Source of the DNA: Octopus bimaculoides | Lineage: Eukaryota | Direction: 5' to 3' | Length of the DNA stretch: 62,377 nucleotides | Assembly (NCBI RefSeq): GCF_001194135.2 | Contig: NC_068984.1 | Location: forward strand, 128,490,860 to 128,553,236 | Shown here: one piece after another, positions 62,055 to 62,377 of the stretch | How the letters are laid out: the number at the start of each line of letters is the position of its first letter | Numbering within the stretch: the stretch's first letter is position 1 | Translations under genes and position numbers: made by a program | Notes under the pieces: model-generated | Database searches by the model: none | What the model was told of the DNA's origin: nothing | The model's input: only the letters and a program-made list of their open reading frames with translations

Positions 62055-62377
62055 NNNNNNNNNNNNNNNNNNNNNNNNNNNNNNNNNNNNNNNNNNNNNN
62101 NNNNNNCTCTCTCTCTCTCTCTCCCTTTCTCGCACAAACATGTACACCATATATACATGTGTGTGTGTGTATGTATATATACATATATTAATGTATATAT
62201 ACATGTACATACATATACATAAATATATATATATATATACATACACACACAAAGATATATATATACATATATATATACATATATATATATATAAATATAT
62301 ATACATATACACACACACAAAGATATATATATATAAATATATATATACATATATATATACATATATACTCATATATA
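61975..62377. repeat. Compound (CT)n/(CA)n/(TA)n microsatellite block. Similar tracts at 740, 3900, 4290, 13745, 20605, 24275, 28170, 29405, 31095 and 41745
   Basis: Direct inspection. Confidence 0.95.

Noticed and set aside
1-62377. CRISPR arrays, rRNA or prokaryotic/viral systems
   Set aside because: No regularly spaced repeat-spacer arrays, rRNA-like sequence or operon-like ORF clusters; the DNA is intron-rich animal sequence.

Overview
AT-rich, microsatellite-dense eukaryotic (animal) genomic DNA with nine assembly gaps. The repeat content looks cephalopod/octopus-like; this is an inference I could not verify. Three spliced protein genes can be assembled by hand from GT-AG junctions with consistent phase. 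(1) The 3' part of a ZC3HC1/NIPA homolog (+, 4693-11358), with one internal exon apparently lost in a gap and an unusually long low-complexity C-terminal tail. (2) A complete 3-exon CFAP107/C1orf158 ciliary gene (-, 23840-16181, 246 aa) with a palindromic RFX X-box in its promoter. (3) A complete 20-exon TSR1 (+, 32251-51834, 800 aa). A tRNA-Thr(CGT) lies between the divergent CFAP107 and TSR1 genes. The rest is transposon-derived: several SINE-like families, hAT, Tc1/mariner and piggyBac MITEs, RTE, CR1-group, R4/Dong-like and L1/Tx1-like LINE relics, a Ty3/gypsy pol fragment and a probable solo LTR. Best leads: minimal type-I hammerhead-ribozyme-like folds in short repeats (one with a naturally compensated G3:C8 core, next to a second motif in a ZC3HC1 intron); a 3'-truncated L1/Tx1 inserted with a 10-bp TSD into a related L1/Tx1 ORF1; a head-to-tail pair of R4/Dong-like elements in a (TACA)n microsatellite; and long near-perfect intronic hairpins in TSR1 that are candidate dsRNA/ADAR substrates. 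Almost all ORFs in the supplied track are microsatellite, N-gap or repeat artefacts.
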